From an archaeon (GTDB taxonomy: Archaea; B1Sed10-29; WALL01), in assembly GCA_042584585.1 (NCBI GenBank), contig JBHOSQ010000008.1, positions 1 to 50,521 of the forward strand: a stretch of DNA of 50,521 nucleotides, given 5' to 3'. The position numbers were made by a program, and so were the translations under genes. Below, one piece after another: positions 48,935 through 50,521 of this stretch (positions within the stretch are counted from its first letter, which is position 1; each line of letters opens with the position of its first letter). The notes below the pieces were generated by a model that did not search any database, had not been told where the DNA came from, and saw only the letters and a list, made by a program, of their open reading frames with translations.

Positions 48935-49222
48935 ATGGCAGAAAAAGAAAAGAAAACAAAGTTCGAGAAGAACTTGAAGAAGCTCGTTACGAAGAGCAGG
49001 AGCGGCCGGGCCGAAGTGAACGTCGGCAAAATCGGTAAGCTCACGAAGAAAGGCGAAACAATCGTTGTGCCGGGGAAAGTCCTGGGCACAGGTGCAATCG
49101 ACCACGCCGTGACCGTCGCAGCAATGCGCTTTTCCGAGAGCGCGAAGAAAAAGATAGAGGCCGCGGGCGGCAAGGCAGTGGCAATCACTGACGTTGACAA
49201 AAAAGCAAGGGTGGTAGCATGA
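48935..49222 (+). CDS. rpl18e: Ribosomal protein eL18 (short N-terminus)
   Basis: EVNVGKI, VVPGKVLGTG, FSESAKKKI; GGAGGT RBS. Confidence 0.93.
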   Translation: MAEKEKKTKFEKNLKKLVTKSRSGRAEVNVGKIGKLTKKGETIVVPGKVLGTGAIDHAVTVAAMRFSESAKKKIEAAGGKAVAITDVDKKARVVA

Positions 49223-49635
49223 AGGTCATAGACGCGGAAGGGGCAGTCCTCGGAAGAATGGCGACGCAAGCGGCCAAGACCCTGCTCAAAGGCGAAAAAG
49301 TCGTGATAGTCAACGCCGAAAAAGCCGTCATCAGCGGCAACAAGACAGACATTTACGAAAAATACAAGCAGCGGTGGGACCGGGCAGACCGGGCCAACCC
49401 GCGCCACTCCCCCAAGCTCCTACGCCCACCCGACAAGATTGTGCGCAGGACAGTCAGGGGAATGCTTAACCACACAACCACAAGGGGCGCAAAGGCCTAC
49501 AAGAGCCTCAAAGTCTACATCGGAGTTCCCGAAGAGTACGTGGACAAGGGGGAAAAGTACGGCAAGGCAACCCCCAGAAAAAAGATTGATGTGCTCGAGC
49601 TATCCAAGATGCTCGGCTGGAAGGGAGGCGAATAA
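49219..49635 (+). CDS. rplM: Ribosomal protein uL13
   Basis: VLGRMA, NAEKAVISG, RRTVRGML, VYIGVP. Confidence 0.96.
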   Translation: MKVIDAEGAVLGRMATQAAKTLLKGEKVVIVNAEKAVISGNKTDIYEKYKQRWDRADRANPRHSPKLLRPPDKIVRRTVRGMLNHTTTRGAKAYKSLKVYIGVPEEYVDKGEKYGKATPRKKIDVLELSKMLGWKGGE

Positions 49636-49637
49636 AA

Positions 49638-50075
49638 ATGGCAGCCAAGAAAGCCAAGACAAAAATAGTCCAGAAAAAAGCCAAGCGAAAGACTGCGGTC
49701 GCACGCGCCCGCATCAAGAAAGGAAATGGCTCAATCAAAATAAACGCGAAACCGCTTGAAGTCTACGGCAACGAATTCTCCAGGGGCGAAATAACCATTC
49801 CGCTCTCAATCGGAGAAGACGTGCTCGGGAAAAACTTTGCCGAAGCCCTGGACATTGACATCAACGTCAGCGGCGGAGGGTTCATGGGACAGGCCGAGGC
49901 CGCAAAAACGGCAATCGCCAAGGCACTGGTCGGCTGGACAGAAAGCGACGACCTCAAGAACGCCTACCTTGAGTGGGACCGACACCTCCTCGTCGACGAC
50001 GTGAGGAGAAAAGAGTCGAAGAAGCCCCTGGGACGGGGTGCACGCAAGAAGACAAAAGAGTTACAGGTGAATTGA
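49638..50075 (+). CDS. rpsI: Ribosomal protein uS9 (C-terminal QKSYR out of frame)
   Basis: KRKTAVARA, VSGGGFMGQAEA, DRHLLVDD.RRKESKK. Confidence 0.93.
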   Translation: MAAKKAKTKIVQKKAKRKTAVARARIKKGNGSIKINAKPLEVYGNEFSRGEITIPLSIGEDVLGKNFAEALDIDINVSGGGFMGQAEAAKTAIAKALVGWTESDDLKNAYLEWDRHLLVDDVRRKESKKPLGRGARKKTKELQVN

Positions 50076-50270
50076 ATGCATATTCCGGTAAGATGCTTCA
50101 CGTGCGGAAAAGCAATTGGTCAGCACTGGGAAGAGTTCAAAAAGCGCGTCAAGAAAGGCGACGACCCAGCCAAGGTCATGGACGACCTCGGCCTAGAGCG
50201 GTACTGCTGCAGGCGCATGCTTATGAGCCATGAAGACGTCAGTGACGACATCAAGAAGTACCCTAGGTAA
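50076..50270 (+). CDS. rpoN: RNA polymerase subunit N (Rpo10)
   Basis: [21 protein letters not shown]. Confidence 0.97.
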   Translation: MHIPVRCFTCGKAIGQHWEEFKKRVKKGDDPAKVMDDLGLERYCCRRMLMSHEDVSDDIKKYPR

Positions 50271-50280
50271 AGGTAGATAA

Positions 50281-50315
50281 TTGGGTGGCATCGCCAAATT
50301 GGCGATGCCACCCGA
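50281..50315 (+). repeat. 16-bp hairpin (hairpin1-like solo module) upstream of tRNA-Pro
   Basis: TTGGGTGGCATCGCCA-AAT-TGGCGATGCCACCCGA; GCCAA..TGGC core shared with E5. Confidence 0.6.
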
Positions 50316-50345
50316 GAGTCTGCCACCACCATCGCATATGCTGTT

Positions 50346-50418
50346 GGGGCCGTAGGGTAGTTTGGCATCCTCCCAGCTCGGGGAGCTGGTGACCCGAGTT
50401 CAAATCTCGGCGGCCCCA
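50346..50418 (+). tRNA. tRNA-Pro(GGG), atypical C33
   Basis: GGGGCCG/CGGCCCC acceptor; CCAGC-TCGGGGA-GCTGG. Confidence 0.9.
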
Positions 50419-50492
50419 CTAAGGTAACACTCATCCCCCCCCACACGAAAAAACAACGGGGGGTTAAAAGACCCTAAAAAGGTGAAAAAAAA

Positions 50493-50521
50493 ATGGTTGA
50501 AAAAGAAGTTAAAGAAGCGGC
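50493..50521 (+). CDS. 5' end of a CDS running out of the window (MVEKEVKEA...); product not determinable
   Basis: AGGTGA RBS then ATG. Confidence 0.55.

Overview
Archaeal core-genome window. The split rpoB''/B' and rpoA'/A'', archaeal r-proteins, Cbf5, SUI1, Rpp29, BHB-type tRNA introns and TATA/BRE promoters are seen directly. Compact genes, DUF2666-like, rpe and trimmed r-proteins suggest a DPANN-type lineage (inference only). It contains: a lipid/regulator/tRNA region (1-5.4 kb); a ribulose-5-phosphate-centred cluster (rpiA, tpiA, prs, rpe, ribB); the rpoH-B''-B'-A'-A''-eL30-nusA-uS12-uS7-EF2-EF1A-uS10 operon; archease/rtcB; the uL3-to-secY-cmk-eL14-cbf5 superoperon; the uS13-uS4-uS11-rpoD-eL18-uL13-uS9-rpoN operon; and 13 tRNA genes (two with introns). 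No transposase, integrase, RT or CRISPR array is visible. The most unusual signal is a family of at least 8 short, modular, all plus-strand palindromic elements (GTCTCT-hairpin1-[hairpin2]-ACGTGCC-hairpin3). Their stems show compensatory changes, most sit in tRNA leaders or trailers (two abut tRNA-Ser 5' ends), and one is flanked by a ~44-bp duplication. Other highlights are an unannotated 35-aa histone-H1-like peptide plus a 15-aa acidic micro-ORF divergent from a PadR regulator, a uL29 with a ~130-aa Lys-rich tail, a uS9 whose conserved QKSYR tail is out of frame, and a tRNA-Pro(GGG) with C33. All identifications come from reading the sequence by eye; no database searches were run.
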